From Planctomycetota bacterium (GTDB lineage Bacteria > Planctomycetota > PLA2 > JAEUHO01), in the NCBI GenBank assembly GCA_050248855.1, contig JBFWRP010000027.1, positions 1 to 59,675 of the forward strand: DNA of 59,675 bases, in the 5' to 3' direction. Position numbers and translations under genes: made by a program. The notes beneath the pieces were generated by a model. That model did no database searches, was not told the origin of the DNA, and saw only the letters and a list, made by a program, of their open reading frames with translations. Below, in pieces: positions 40,489-49,958 of this stretch (within the stretch, counting starts at the first letter, position 1; the number at the start of each line of letters is the position of its first letter).

Positions 40489-40806
40489 TCAATCGTGCGC
40501 GTGCCCCTCGGACGCGCCGCCCTCGCCGGTCTCGGCAGCGGGGTCCTCGGCGGAACCGTGCGACGTGTCGTGGTCTTCTTGGTTGACCATGGCGAAGCCC
40601 GTGCCGCGGGCGTAGGCGAACATGCCCCACCCGAGCAGCGCGATGACGGCGACCCAGACCACGGGCCAGATGTAGAGCGCCGTAGGCGCCGGCGTCGCGA
40701 AGTCTTCGGGCGCCGGCGTGATGCTGCGCTCGGCCGGCTCGGGCGGGATCACCGCCGGGCCGTCGTCGTGGGGCGCGTCGTGCGACTCGTCGTGGGCGTG
40801 TCCCAT
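40489..40806 (-). CDS. Small His/acid-rich single-TM protein
   Basis: RBS GAGGAG; MGHAHDESHDAPHDD..TM..HDTSH..GHAHD. Confidence 0.7.
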   Translation of the reverse strand: MGHAHDESHDAPHDDGPAVIPPEPAERSITPAPEDFATPAPTALYIWPVVWVAVIALLGWGMFAYARGTGFAMVNQEDHDTSHGSAEDPAAETGEGGASEGHAHD

Positions 40807-40826
40807 GCTCCAGCTCCTCGGCGTTG

Positions 40827-40890
40827 CCGTCGGTCCGCCTTGGCAGGCCGCGCCAAACGACCCGTCGATCTGCCTTGGCAGGCCGCGCCA
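40827..40890. repeat. Intergenic 29-bp tandem direct repeat (35-bp period) containing TTGGC-N7-GCCAA
   Basis: 40827-40855 and 40862-40890 are 27/29 identical. Confidence 0.9.
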
Positions 40891-40895
40891 GCCGT

Positions 40896-41624
40896 TCAGA
40901 CCACTGCCAGCCAGCGCCAAGCGTCGTCCACCTCGTCGCGCGGCGTGCCGGCGGCGAGGTCGAGCACCCACGGCAGTCCGCGCGGCACCCGGTCCGAGAA
41001 CGTACCCCAGGGAAGTCCGCCTTCCTCGGGATGGGCGCCCTCCCGGCCGCTGGACGAGCGGCCCGCCACGCGCAACCACGCCACCCGCGACAGGACGCTG
41101 GCGAGCACGTCGGGCGCCGCCGGGCCGCCCCGCGCGGCGGCCGACTCGACGGCCGCGGCCACGTCGAAGACGACCGCCAGCCCGGGCAAGTCGTCCAGCA
41201 ACCAGCCCAGCTCGGCGGGGCCGAGCAGCTCCGCGCTGCCGCCCGTGAGGACGGCCAGCGGCACGCCGCGCCGCAGGGGACCATGAAGCCGCCGGGCCAG
41301 CCGGTCGACGGCGGACGCCGTGTCCGCGCCGTCGCGCGGACGATGACCGCCGCGCACGGCCACGTACGAGGCCCGCGCGCGCGCCGCCTCGGCCGCAGCG
41401 GCCTCCAAGCGCGTCTCGTCGGGGGCCTCCGCGGCCCCCGGCACGGCCCAGCCCAGCAGCCGCGAACCGCGGGCGCGCAACCCCTCCCCCAAACGCGTCG
41501 GGCGGTCGACGCCGTAGGCGACCACCGTCACCGCGGGCTGCCACGCATCGAGCCAGGCGAGGACGGACTCGGTCGCAGGCCGCTCGCCCAGGGGCGCCGT
41601 CGACAGCCCAGACGGGCGCCTCAC
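40896..41624 (-). CDS. Degenerate xylose-isomerase-like (AP_endonuc_2) TIM-barrel protein
   Basis: GTGA overlap with the HAD gene; GLST, VPLAV, VVFDV, HP..G.LPW and WVLDL pattern. Confidence 0.55.
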   Translation of the reverse strand: MRRPSGLSTAPLGERPATESVLAWLDAWQPAVTVVAYGVDRPTRLGEGLRARGSRLLGWAVPGAAEAPDETRLEAAAAEAARARASYVAVRGGHRPRDGADTASAVDRLARRLHGPLRRGVPLAVLTGGSAELLGPAELGWLLDDLPGLAVVFDVAAAVESAAARGGPAAPDVLASVLSRVAWLRVAGRSSSGREGAHPEEGGLPWGTFSDRVPRGLPWVLDLAAGTPRDEVDDAWRWLAVV

Positions 41625-42535
41625 GAGCGCTCGCGCCCGTCGCCCGCACGCGGCAGCGGCGCGCCCGCCTCGATCCACCGCGCAATGCCGTCCTCGTCGT
41701 TGGACGCCAGCACGAGGTCCGCCCGCGCCTTCGCGTCGGGCACCGCGTTGCCCATGGCGATGGCCAGACCCGCGGCCTCGAGCATCGGGAGGTCGTTGAC
41801 GTGGTCCCCGATCGCGATGGCGCGGTCCGCCGCGATGCCATGCTGCTCGGCCAGCCACACGAGAGCTTCGGCCTTGCCGCGCGACGCCGCCTGGATCTCG
41901 AGCATGTGCAAGCGTGAGTGCCGGTACGGCCGGAACAAGCTGAGCGGGAACGTCTCGCGCCTCAGCAGCGCGGCGGCTTCGGACGAGAGCTCGCTCCACG
42001 CCGACTCGTGCGGCGGTACGCCGCCCACGTGATCTGCCGGCAGGTCGAAGAACAGCGTCAGGCGCAAGAGCCCGTGCAGCGGCATCTCGTGCCAGCCCCC
42101 GGCGAACCGCACGTTGCTGTACCACGCGGCCACGCTCGGGTGGTCGGCATGGTCGCTGGCGACGGTCCACTTCGTGGTGGCCTCGTGGCGGAAGCCGAAG
42201 TCCGCGCGCGCCTCGACGGGCACCAAGTCGTGGACGCGCTCGGGAGCGAGGTCGATGAGGCGCTCCGGCGCACCGCCGGCAGGCCCGATCCACGACCCGT
42301 TGTAGGCCACGATGGGCGTCGTCAGGCCGAGGTCGTCGTGGACCTCGCTGACGCCCTGCGGACTGCGGCCGGTGCACAGCACGACCATCAGACCGGCGTC
42401 GGCCAGCTGACGCACGGCGCGATGCGTGCGCGGCGTCACCTGGCCGTGGTCGTCGAGCAGCGTGCCGTCCATGTCCAGCAGCACGGCATCGAACCGCTCG
42501 CGGAGGCGACCCAGACCCTCTCCAGGGCGAATCAT
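41621..42535 (-). CDS. Cof-type HAD-IIB hydrolase
   Basis: DMDGTLL, CTGR, NG, KAEAL, IGDHVNDLPML..AMGNA; RBS GAGGAG 9 nt upstream. Confidence 0.93.
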   Translation of the reverse strand: MIRPGEGLGRLRERFDAVLLDMDGTLLDDHGQVTPRTHRAVRQLADAGLMVVLCTGRSPQGVSEVHDDLGLTTPIVAYNGSWIGPAGGAPERLIDLAPERVHDLVPVEARADFGFRHEATTKWTVASDHADHPSVAAWYSNVRFAGGWHEMPLHGLLRLTLFFDLPADHVGGVPPHESAWSELSSEAAALLRRETFPLSLFRPYRHSRLHMLEIQAASRGKAEALVWLAEQHGIAADRAIAIGDHVNDLPMLEAAGLAIAMGNAVPDAKARADLVLASNDEDGIARWIEAGAPLPRAGDGRERS

Positions 42536-42721
42536 CCGCGACATCTCCTCATGCTCCGCGCTCCGCGACGCCACGTAGCCGGGCCGCTCCGGGAGCGGAT
42601 GGCGGCTCGGCTCCGGACATCTGGCGAGCGCCGCGGCCACACCCGGGTACACGGACGAGTAGCATGCGGGTGCTGTACCACGGAGGGCGCCGGGGGCTCC
42701 CCCTCGGAGGGAGCGTGACCG

Positions 42722-44185
42722 TTGACCGAGCCTCCGACCGATCGTGACGCCACGCGGCGCCGCCGCCGGCTCGTGGCGGTGGCCCTCCTCCCGGCGCTCG
42801 CCGGGCTGGCCTACGCCCTCGCCGCCGAGCTCTGGCCCGGCACACCGTCGCTGCTGGAGACCGTGCCCGCAGACGCCGCCTGGGTCGAGCGTTGGCGCAA
42901 CCTCTCCGTGCACGCGGTGTTCGGTGCCATGCGCGAACCGCTGCTGCCGGATGGTCGTCGCCCGGATGCCGTCGCCTACGTGCGCGCGCTGGGTGAGCGC
43001 GTCAACGTGCCCGACCTCGTGGGTCTGGACCCCGCAGCGCCTCTCCTGCGCTGGAGGTCGCTACCTCGCGGGCCGAGGCCCGACGAGGGCCTGGTGCTGA
43101 CGCTCTCCGACCCGACCCGCTTCGAGAAGCGCTTTCGCGAGCACGGCGTCGACTTGACGACGCCGCGCCACGCGATGTGGCTGCGCGTCCACGGCCGCCT
43201 CGCCGTGGTGACCACCACGCCATCGCGCCGGGGCGGTGGCCTCGACTTCGAGCTGGCTGACGCCGACCTCGCCGTCGTGGCGGACGTGGAGCGGCTCGTC
43301 GCGCTGGCCCTGGCCGAGATGGGCGGCGGGACGTACGACGCGTTCCTCGCGGGTCTCGGCGTCTCGCGGACGGACCCGGCCGAGCTCGCGCGCGACCCGA
43401 GCTTGCCCGCCGTCACGGGCACCGCGCGGCTGGCCCGGTTGCCAGCCTCCTGGGCCACCGCGCGCTACGCCCTGGACCTGGGCGAGGCCACCACATTGCC
43501 CTCCGCGCGCGTCGAGCTGGAGCTCGCCGACGGCCCCTTCGCGGCGGCGTGGCGGCGCCTGCTCGCGGGCGTCGGCCCCGGCTTCGAGTGGACGCCGCCC
43601 CCCGATCCGGACGTGCGCCTCTGGGCCTCGCTTTCCGGCGGCTCGGCGCCGGACCTGCTGCGCTTGGCGGCCTTCTCGCTGGGCGCCGACCTGCCCGCGC
43701 TCGAAGGCGTCAAGCCCGAGGAGGTGGGTCGCGACGCACCGGCTTGGCCGCCGAGCGGGTGGGTCTTGATGCGTGCCCAGGGTCGGGAGAGCTCGGCGCT
43801 CGCCGTGGCCTCCCGCACCGCGCCTCCTCCACGACCCGCGTGGTTCGGACTGGCCGCGGAAGACGGCCCCGAGACGCGACGCACCCCGGGGCCTTGGCAG
43901 GTCGTCTCGACGGGCGAAGAAAACGGCCGTGCCGCCGATCGGCTCGGGGCGCACCTGGTCACCGGAGGAGGCGCGCGCGACGTGGAGCGGGCCGAGGAAG
44001 CCGCGCGACCCGGGGTCCGCCTCGTGCGCGCCGTCCTGCGGCGGTCCGCGGTGTGGGAGCTGGTCGGGCAGACGCTGCTTGGCGGCGGCGCGCTCCTCTG
44101 GCCGTTCGACGGACGACCGCTGGTTCTCGACGTCCGCGCCACGGAGCGCGGCTTGCTCGTCTTCATCGACGTCCACGACAGCTGA
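42722..44185 (+). CDS. Hypothetical membrane-anchored protein
   Basis: RBS GGAGGGAG, RRRRR plus TM, GC3-biased frame. Confidence 0.65.
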   Translation: MTEPPTDRDATRRRRRLVAVALLPALAGLAYALAAELWPGTPSLLETVPADAAWVERWRNLSVHAVFGAMREPLLPDGRRPDAVAYVRALGERVNVPDLVGLDPAAPLLRWRSLPRGPRPDEGLVLTLSDPTRFEKRFREHGVDLTTPRHAMWLRVHGRLAVVTTTPSRRGGGLDFELADADLAVVADVERLVALALAEMGGGTYDAFLAGLGVSRTDPAELARDPSLPAVTGTARLARLPASWATARYALDLGEATTLPSARVELELADGPFAAAWRRLLAGVGPGFEWTPPPDPDVRLWASLSGGSAPDLLRLAAFSLGADLPALEGVKPEEVGRDAPAWPPSGWVLMRAQGRESSALAVASRTAPPPRPAWFGLAAEDGPETRRTPGPWQVVSTGEENGRAADRLGAHLVTGGGARDVERAEEAARPGVRLVRAVLRRSAVWELVGQTLLGGGALLWPFDGRPLVLDVRATERGLLVFIDVHDS

Positions 44186-44225
44186 AGCCGCTGGCGACGG
44201 AGGGGAGGCGTACGCTGGCCCCCCC

Positions 44226-46490
44226 ATGACGTCGCGCGACCCGCCCGCTCCCGAGCTGCTCGGCCCCGCGACCGCGGAGCAGCTCCACGTCGGGGTGGCG
44301 CTGGACCTCCCGCTTCGCCGCGTGTTCACCTACCGCGTCCCGCCGGCCCTGACGGCTCGGGCCGGCGTCGGCCACCGCGTCGTGGTGCCTTTCCGCGGCA
44401 AGCCCCGCGTGGGCTTCGTGGTGGAGCGCCACGAGGCGCCCCGGCTGCCGCGCATCCTCGACCTCGCGGAAGCACCAGACGCGGAGCCGCTGCTCACCCC
44501 CGAGCTGCTCGCGCTGGGCCGCTTCGTGGCCCGCTACTACGGCAGCTCGCTGGGCGAGGCGCTGGGCGCCATGGTGCCGCGTGCGGTCCGCCACAAGGGA
44601 CGCGGGCGCAAGCAGGTCCGCGTGCGGCCGGGGCCCGAGGCGCCGGCGGAAGTGGAGGACCTCGCCGACCTCACGCCCGCCCAACGCCGCGTGCTGCGCC
44701 GGCTCCTGCCCGAGCCCGACGGCCTGATCCTGGCCGACCTCCTGGCCGCTGCTTCCGTGTCGCGCAGCCCGGTGGCGAGCCTCGCGAAGCGCGGCGTGGT
44801 CACGCTCGAGGAAGAGCGCGTCGACGCGGACCTGCTCGGCGCGGAGGCGGCAGCCCGCCCTGCCCCGGACACCCCGCCCACGCTGACCGCGCCCCAGCGC
44901 GCTGCGGTGGAGGCGCTCGCCGCCGCCCTCGACACGCAGGAGGCCGCGACGTTCCTCCTGCACGGGGTCACCGGCAGCGGCAAGACCGAGGTCTACCTCC
45001 GGGCCCTCGCCCACGCGCGCGACCAGGGCCGCCAAGCCATCGTCCTCGTCCCCGAGATCGCGCTCACGCCCCAGACGGTGCGCCGTTTCCGACGGCGCTT
45101 CGAGCGCGTCGCGGTGTTGCACTCGGGCATGACGGAGTCGTCGCGTGCGACGGCGTGGCAGCGCGTGCGCCAAGGCGAGGTCGACGTGGTGATCGGCCCG
45201 CGGAGCGCCGTGTTCGCTCCGCTGCCGCGCCTGGGCCTCGTCATCGTCGACGAGGAGCAGGAGAGCTCGTTCAAGCAGCAGGTCACGCCGCGCTATCACG
45301 CCAGGGACGTGGCCCTCGTGCGCGCGCGCGATGCCGGCGCCGTGGTCGTGCTCGGCAGTGCCACGCCATCGCTCGAGACGTGGCACAACGCCGCGCGAGG
45401 TCGTTGGACCACGCTGGTCCTGCCCGAGCGCGTGGCGGGCCGCGCGCGACCCGACGTGCGCATCGTGGACCTGGGCGACCCGGACGAGCGGCCGCCGGGG
45501 CGCGACCACCTCGGTCGCACGCTCTTCGCGCACCTGCAGGAGGCGCTCGCGGACCGTGGCCAGGCGATCCTCTTCCACAACCGCCGCGGCTACGCCACGA
45601 GCGTGGCCTGTCCCCGTTGCGGCCACGTCCTTTCGTGCGCGCACTGCAGCGTCTCGCTGACCTACCACCGCAGCGGCCACAGCGCGCTTTGCCACCTCTG
45701 CGGCCACGGCGAGCGTCTGCCGCCGGCGTGCCCGGAGTGCGCCTTGCCCACGATGGACTTCCACGGGCTCGGCACGCAGACGATCGAGGAGGAGCTGGCC
45801 CGCCGCTTGCCGCAAGCGCGCGTGGAACGCATGGACTCGGACACCATGACGCGGCGCGGGTCCCACGAAGGCGTGCTCGAACGCTTCGGCCACGGGGAGA
45901 TCGACATCCTGCTGGGCACGCAGATGATCGCGAAAGGGCTCGATTTCCCCAACGTGCTGCTCGTCGGCGTGGTCGCTGCCGACACGTTGCTGGCCCTTCC
46001 CGACTTCCGGAGTGCCGAGCGCACGTTCGACCTGTTGGCCCAAGTGGCCGGCCGCGCTGGCCGCGGCGAGCGCGGCGGGCGCGTCGTGATCCAGACGCGT
46101 CGACCGGACCACGCGGCCATCCGGCTGGCGGCCGACGAGGACATGGCGGCGTTCGCCCGGCGCGAGCTGGCCGACCGCAAGCTCTTCGGCTACCCACCCC
46201 ACCGTCGTCTGCTGCGCGTCCTCGTGCGCGCCCGCGACGACGCACGAGCCGACGAGCAGGCGCAGCTCGCACGCGATGCGCTCGTGGCCGGCGCCGTCAA
46301 CACGACGCAGATCCTGGGGCCCGCGGCGCCGCTCCGCGCCAAGATCCAGGGCTGGCATCGCCGCCACGTCCTCGTGAAGGCGCAAGACCACCGCGAGATC
46401 GGCCGGCTCCTCGACGTGCTGCGCGGTCTGCCCCGCCCGGCCAAGGGCATCGAAGTCGCGTGGGACGTGGACCCCCTCACGCTCGTGTAG
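44226..46490 (+). CDS. priA: Primosomal protein N' (replication restart helicase)
   Basis: GVTGSGKTEVY, VPEIALTPQ, GSATPSLE, NRRGY, four CxxC pairs, GTQMIAKGLDFP, QVAGRAGR. Confidence 0.97.
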   Translation: MTSRDPPAPELLGPATAEQLHVGVALDLPLRRVFTYRVPPALTARAGVGHRVVVPFRGKPRVGFVVERHEAPRLPRILDLAEAPDAEPLLTPELLALGRFVARYYGSSLGEALGAMVPRAVRHKGRGRKQVRVRPGPEAPAEVEDLADLTPAQRRVLRRLLPEPDGLILADLLAAASVSRSPVASLAKRGVVTLEEERVDADLLGAEAAARPAPDTPPTLTAPQRAAVEALAAALDTQEAATFLLHGVTGSGKTEVYLRALAHARDQGRQAIVLVPEIALTPQTVRRFRRRFERVAVLHSGMTESSRATAWQRVRQGEVDVVIGPRSAVFAPLPRLGLVIVDEEQESSFKQQVTPRYHARDVALVRARDAGAVVVLGSATPSLETWHNAARGRWTTLVLPERVAGRARPDVRIVDLGDPDERPPGRDHLGRTLFAHLQEALADRGQAILFHNRRGYATSVACPRCGHVLSCAHCSVSLTYHRSGHSALCHLCGHGERLPPACPECALPTMDFHGLGTQTIEEELARRLPQARVERMDSDTMTRRGSHEGVLERFGHGEIDILLGTQMIAKGLDFPNVLLVGVVAADTLLALPDFRSAERTFDLLAQVAGRAGRGERGGRVVIQTRRPDHAAIRLAADEDMAAFARRELADRKLFGYPPHRRLLRVLVRARDDARADEQAQLARDALVAGAVNTTQILGPAAPLRAKIQGWHRRHVLVKAQDHREIGRLLDVLRGLPRPAKGIEVAWDVDPLTLV

Positions 46491-46528
46491 CGTCCGTGGT
46501 GCCAGGCCGCCCGTGTCGTGCCGCTCGA

Positions 46529-47578
46529 CTACCGGGGTGAGGTGACGGTGGACGCGCGCCACGCGTCGAACCACTGCAGCCAGCCGCGCGGGTGCGTGCC
46601 GAGGCCCGCGCGGACCTCGGCGGAGAGCGGGGCGCCCTGCAAGCGCTCGGCGTAGCTCGCGAGCAAGTCCACGACCATGGGCTTGGCGTCGGGCGGCGAC
46701 TTGGTCAACAGCACGATCACGCGCTCGAAGCCGGCGGGATCGCCCGAACGCTCGAGCGCGGCCGCCGCGGCGTAGCGCACGCGAACGTGGTCGTCGTCCA
46801 GGCCCTCGACGAGGTACTCCGTGGCCCCGGAGGCGTCCAGGGCCCCGAGAGCCCGCATCGTGTGCAAACGGACGACGGGGTCCGGGTCCCCGACGAGGTC
46901 CGCCAGCCTCGCGAGCGCATCCCGCTTGCCCTGGACGTCGAGCCCCTGGCCGAGCTCCCGTCGCGCTTCGAGGACGTGCGCCAGCACGAGGGGCGCGTAC
47001 CTCCGGACCTCGGCGGGACGATTGCGTGCGCAGTACGCCAGGACGGGGCCGAGCGGCGTGTCCGGATCGCGCCGTACGCCCAGCGCGATCAAGGCGTTCC
47101 CCACCATGCGCGGATCGTTGATCGTGAGCCCACGGACGAGAAGCTGCGTCGCGCTCGGGTCCGTGGCGAATCCGAGCACGGCCAACGACAAGGCCTGCTG
47201 CGCCTTGCCCACGTGCCCCGCCGCGGCGGTGTCGAGCAAGGGACGGTTGGCGTCCACGTCCTGCGTGAGCTGCCACGCGTAGCCGTCGGCCTCTTCGGGC
47301 CGGGCGGAGCCCCGCGCGTCTTCCCAGCCTGCGAGGTTCGCCTCGAGCCGGCGCCACAGCTGCACGTCGCTCGCAGGCGGCGTCACCGTGCCGCGGCCCG
47401 CCTCCCCGGGTCCGCGCATCCGCGCCGCGCCGTCGGGGGACCCCCGGAGGGCGCCCGGGCCCTCGGCGCGCGGGGCCGTCGAGGACGGCGAGACGGCGCA
47501 GCCGGCAAACGCGCACAGGGCGACGAGGCAGGCGGCGCCCACGTGCGCGTGCCGGCGGGGCGGAATGGTGCGGCTCAC
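46529..47578 (-). CDS. HEAT-repeat lipoprotein
   Basis: Lipobox FAGC; repeats such as DPDPVVRLHTMRALG and DDHVRVRYAAAAAL. Confidence 0.82.
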   Translation of the reverse strand: MSRTIPPRRHAHVGAACLVALCAFAGCAVSPSSTAPRAEGPGALRGSPDGAARMRGPGEAGRGTVTPPASDVQLWRRLEANLAGWEDARGSARPEEADGYAWQLTQDVDANRPLLDTAAAGHVGKAQQALSLAVLGFATDPSATQLLVRGLTINDPRMVGNALIALGVRRDPDTPLGPVLAYCARNRPAEVRRYAPLVLAHVLEARRELGQGLDVQGKRDALARLADLVGDPDPVVRLHTMRALGALDASGATEYLVEGLDDDHVRVRYAAAAALERSGDPAGFERVIVLLTKSPPDAKPMVVDLLASYAERLQGAPLSAEVRAGLGTHPRGWLQWFDAWRASTVTSPR

Positions 47579-48036
47579 GGGCGCTCCCTGGCGGACGGCC
47601 CGTTGGACGCCGCCGACGCGGAAGACCCTCCGGGGTTGCCGACCGCGAGCAGCCCCGCCAGCTCGGGCGGGATTCGCCGCGGGCGTCCGCTGGGGTCCGC
47701 CGCCGCCAGCACGGTGAAGCCCGTGGCGAGCAGCTCGTCCTCGCGGTGGACTTCATACACAAAGCGCAGACGCACGCCCTTCACGCTCTCCAGCCGGGTG
47801 CGGACCTCGACCTCGTCGTCGTAGCGCGCGCTGCGGAGGTGGCGGACGCCCGTCTCGATCACCATCAGGAGGGTCCCGGCGTCTTCGAGGGCCCTGTAGG
47901 TGCTGCCCATCGACCGCAGCAGCTCGGTCCGCCCCTGCTCGAACCACACGAGGTAGTGGGCGTGGTAGGCGACGCCCATGCGATCCACCTCGCCGTAGCG
48001 GACGCGGAGGCGGGTGCGGTGTTCGGGAGAGCTCAC
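47575..48036 (-). CDS. YbgC/FadM-family acyl-CoA thioesterase (hotdog fold)
   Basis: RVRYGEVDRMGVAYHAHYLVWFEQGRTE..ARYDD. Confidence 0.92.
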   Translation of the reverse strand: MSSPEHRTRLRVRYGEVDRMGVAYHAHYLVWFEQGRTELLRSMGSTYRALEDAGTLLMVIETGVRHLRSARYDDEVEVRTRLESVKGVRLRFVYEVHREDELLATGFTVLAAADPSGRPRRIPPELAGLLAVGNPGGSSASAASNGPSARERP

Positions 48037-48084
48037 GGGTCGATTATGGGGAAGTCGCCCGTGCGAGGCCGATAATCTCGCGCC

Positions 48085-48573
48085 GTGCTCCCGGACGCGC
48101 CGCCCCCCGCCCCGCTCGACGTCCCGCCTCCGAGCCGCCGGGTGCTCCGTCGGACGTCGTCCCTCGCCGCCGTCATCCTCGGCCTGGCGGTGCCCGGCGG
48201 CGGGCACGTGGTCGTGGGTCGGCCCGGCAAGGCGCTGCTGTTCCTCGTGACCATCGGCGGCCTGTTCGTGCTGGGCCTCCAGCTCACGGGGTTCACGGCC
48301 ATCGACCCGGAGCGCCATGGCCTGTGGGCGGCCGCGCAGGCGGGCATCACGGGCCCGGCGTTCCTGACATGGCACCTCACGCAGGGTCACGTCGAGCCGA
48401 CGGCGCTGCGTTGGCTGGACATCGGCCAGCTCTACGTGGGCATCGCCGGCCTGCTCAATCTGGTGGCAGTGACCGACGCCTGGGGGCATGCCCTGCGGCA
48501 CAACGACCGCGTGGACCGCTGGCGCCGAGCCAGCGAGGCGCAGGCCGCCCGCGAGCCCGAGGTCCCGGCATGA
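48085..48573 (+). CDS. DUF6677-like membrane protein
   Basis: LAVPGGGHVVVGRPGKA..IGQLYVGIAGLLNLVAVTDA. Confidence 0.7.
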   Translation: MLPDAPPPAPLDVPPPSRRVLRRTSSLAAVILGLAVPGGGHVVVGRPGKALLFLVTIGGLFVLGLQLTGFTAIDPERHGLWAAAQAGITGPAFLTWHLTQGHVEPTALRWLDIGQLYVGIAGLLNLVAVTDAWGHALRHNDRVDRWRRASEAQAAREPEVPA

Positions 48574-48758
48574 GGCCGCTGGGCGAGCTCCTCTGGCTGG
48601 TGCCGTTGCTCGTGGCGATCAGCGTGGTGGTGGGCGCGGCCGGTCACGAGGGCCGCCCGGCCATCCAAGCCTCCATCGGACGCACGTTGCGCGCCTTCAC
48701 GGTGGGCGTGCTCGGGCTGGCCGTGCTGTTGCACGTCGTGGCCGCCATCCTGGCGTAG
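48570..48758 (+). CDS. Small two-TM protein
   Basis: ATGA overlap with the upstream gene; two hydrophobic helices. Confidence 0.65.
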   Translation: MRPLGELLWLVPLLVAISVVVGAAGHEGRPAIQASIGRTLRAFTVGVLGLAVLLHVVAAILA

Positions 48759-48835
48759 CGCCGCACGGCGCCGCGTCGGAGCGGGTCCGTGGCAGGGACC
48801 CGGTGGCCGCAGCAGGAGGTGTTCCCGGCCGGACC

Positions 48836-49924
48836 CTACCGGCGGCGCCGCACACCGAGGCCGGGTCGGCGCTCGACGCGGCCCTCCAGCTCCCAGCCGG
48901 TCAGCAACGCGGAGACTTCGTGGCTGGGAAGGCCCGTACGCCGGGCCAGCTCGTCGTCGGTCGCGCCCTCGATCCCCTCGAGCAGGCGGTACAGCCGCTC
49001 GTGGCGGGGGTCCTCGAACACGGGGGCGTCGGGGAGCGCGAGCGGACGGGCGTCGGACGCGGCCGGTCCCGCCCACCCGAGCCCTTCGAGCACGTCGCCC
49101 GCGCTGCGCGCCAGGGCCGCCTCGCCGCGGCGGAGCAGCTCGAGGCAGCCGGCCGACGTGGCCTGGTGGACCGAGGCGGGGACGGCGAAGACCTCGCGGC
49201 CCTGCTCGACCGCGTAGCGGGCCGTGATGAGGGCCCCGCTCCTGAGCGGCGCCTCGATGACGACGAGCGCGTCGCAAAGGGCCGCGACGAGGCGGTTGCG
49301 GCGGACGAACCGCCACCGCTCGGGCCGCGTCCCCGGGGGCGCCTCGCCCAGCAACGTGCCCCGCTTGGCGACGTCCAGGGCCAGCGCGCGGTGCTCCGGG
49401 GGATACACGTGCTCGAGGCCGCCGGCCACGACGGCCCGGGTCACGCCCTCCGCGTCGAGCGCACCGCGGTGCGCCGCGCCGTCCACGCCCAGGGCCAGCC
49501 CGCTCACCACGTCCACGCCGGCGGTGGCAAGCACTTGCGCGAAGCTGCGGGCGAGGTCGGTGCCGTAGGGCGTCGCGGCCCGCGTGCCGACCAGCCCGAC
49601 GGCGCGGGGACCCACCAGGGGCAGCGTGCCGCGGACGTAGAGCGCCGGAGGCGGGTCGCCAAGTGCCGCCAAGCGGTCGCGTGGCCAGTCGTGGTCGGCC
49701 GGCGTGATGGCGACCTGCCCGAGCTCCTCGAGCTGCACCAACAGGTCGGGCACGCTGACCCGCGGGCACTTCCGGAGCTGGGCCGCGAGCCTCGACGAGC
49801 GCACGCGCGCGAGGACCACGTCCTGCGGAGCGACGCCGTGCGCCAGGGCCTCGCGGACGGCGCGGCCCGCGGCGCTGCCCCAGAGCGACAGCGTCAGCCA
49901 GGCGGTCCGCTCGTCCATGCCCAC
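48836..49924 (-). CDS. dprA: DNA-processing protein DprA
   Basis: VGTRAATPYG, VSGLALGVDGAAH, RRNRL, VIEAPLRSGALITA, GREVFAVP; C-terminal winged helix. Confidence 0.96.
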   Translation of the reverse strand: MGMDERTAWLTLSLWGSAAGRAVREALAHGVAPQDVVLARVRSSRLAAQLRKCPRVSVPDLLVQLEELGQVAITPADHDWPRDRLAALGDPPPALYVRGTLPLVGPRAVGLVGTRAATPYGTDLARSFAQVLATAGVDVVSGLALGVDGAAHRGALDAEGVTRAVVAGGLEHVYPPEHRALALDVAKRGTLLGEAPPGTRPERWRFVRRNRLVAALCDALVVIEAPLRSGALITARYAVEQGREVFAVPASVHQATSAGCLELLRRGEAALARSAGDVLEGLGWAGPAASDARPLALPDAPVFEDPRHERLYRLLEGIEGATDDELARRTGLPSHEVSALLTGWELEGRVERRPGLGVRRRR

Positions 49925-49958
49925 GCCACGCGGCGCGGGCGGGCGCGGTCACGCGCGG

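Noticed and set aside
40827..40890. Mini-CRISPR or sigma54 promoter
   Set aside because: Spacer is only 6 nt; TGGC..GC spacing does not fit GG-N10-GC.
44163..47762. 1199-aa minus-strand ORF
   Set aside because: Shadow of priA plus an off-frame reading of the HEAT gene; R/A/G-rich with no motifs.
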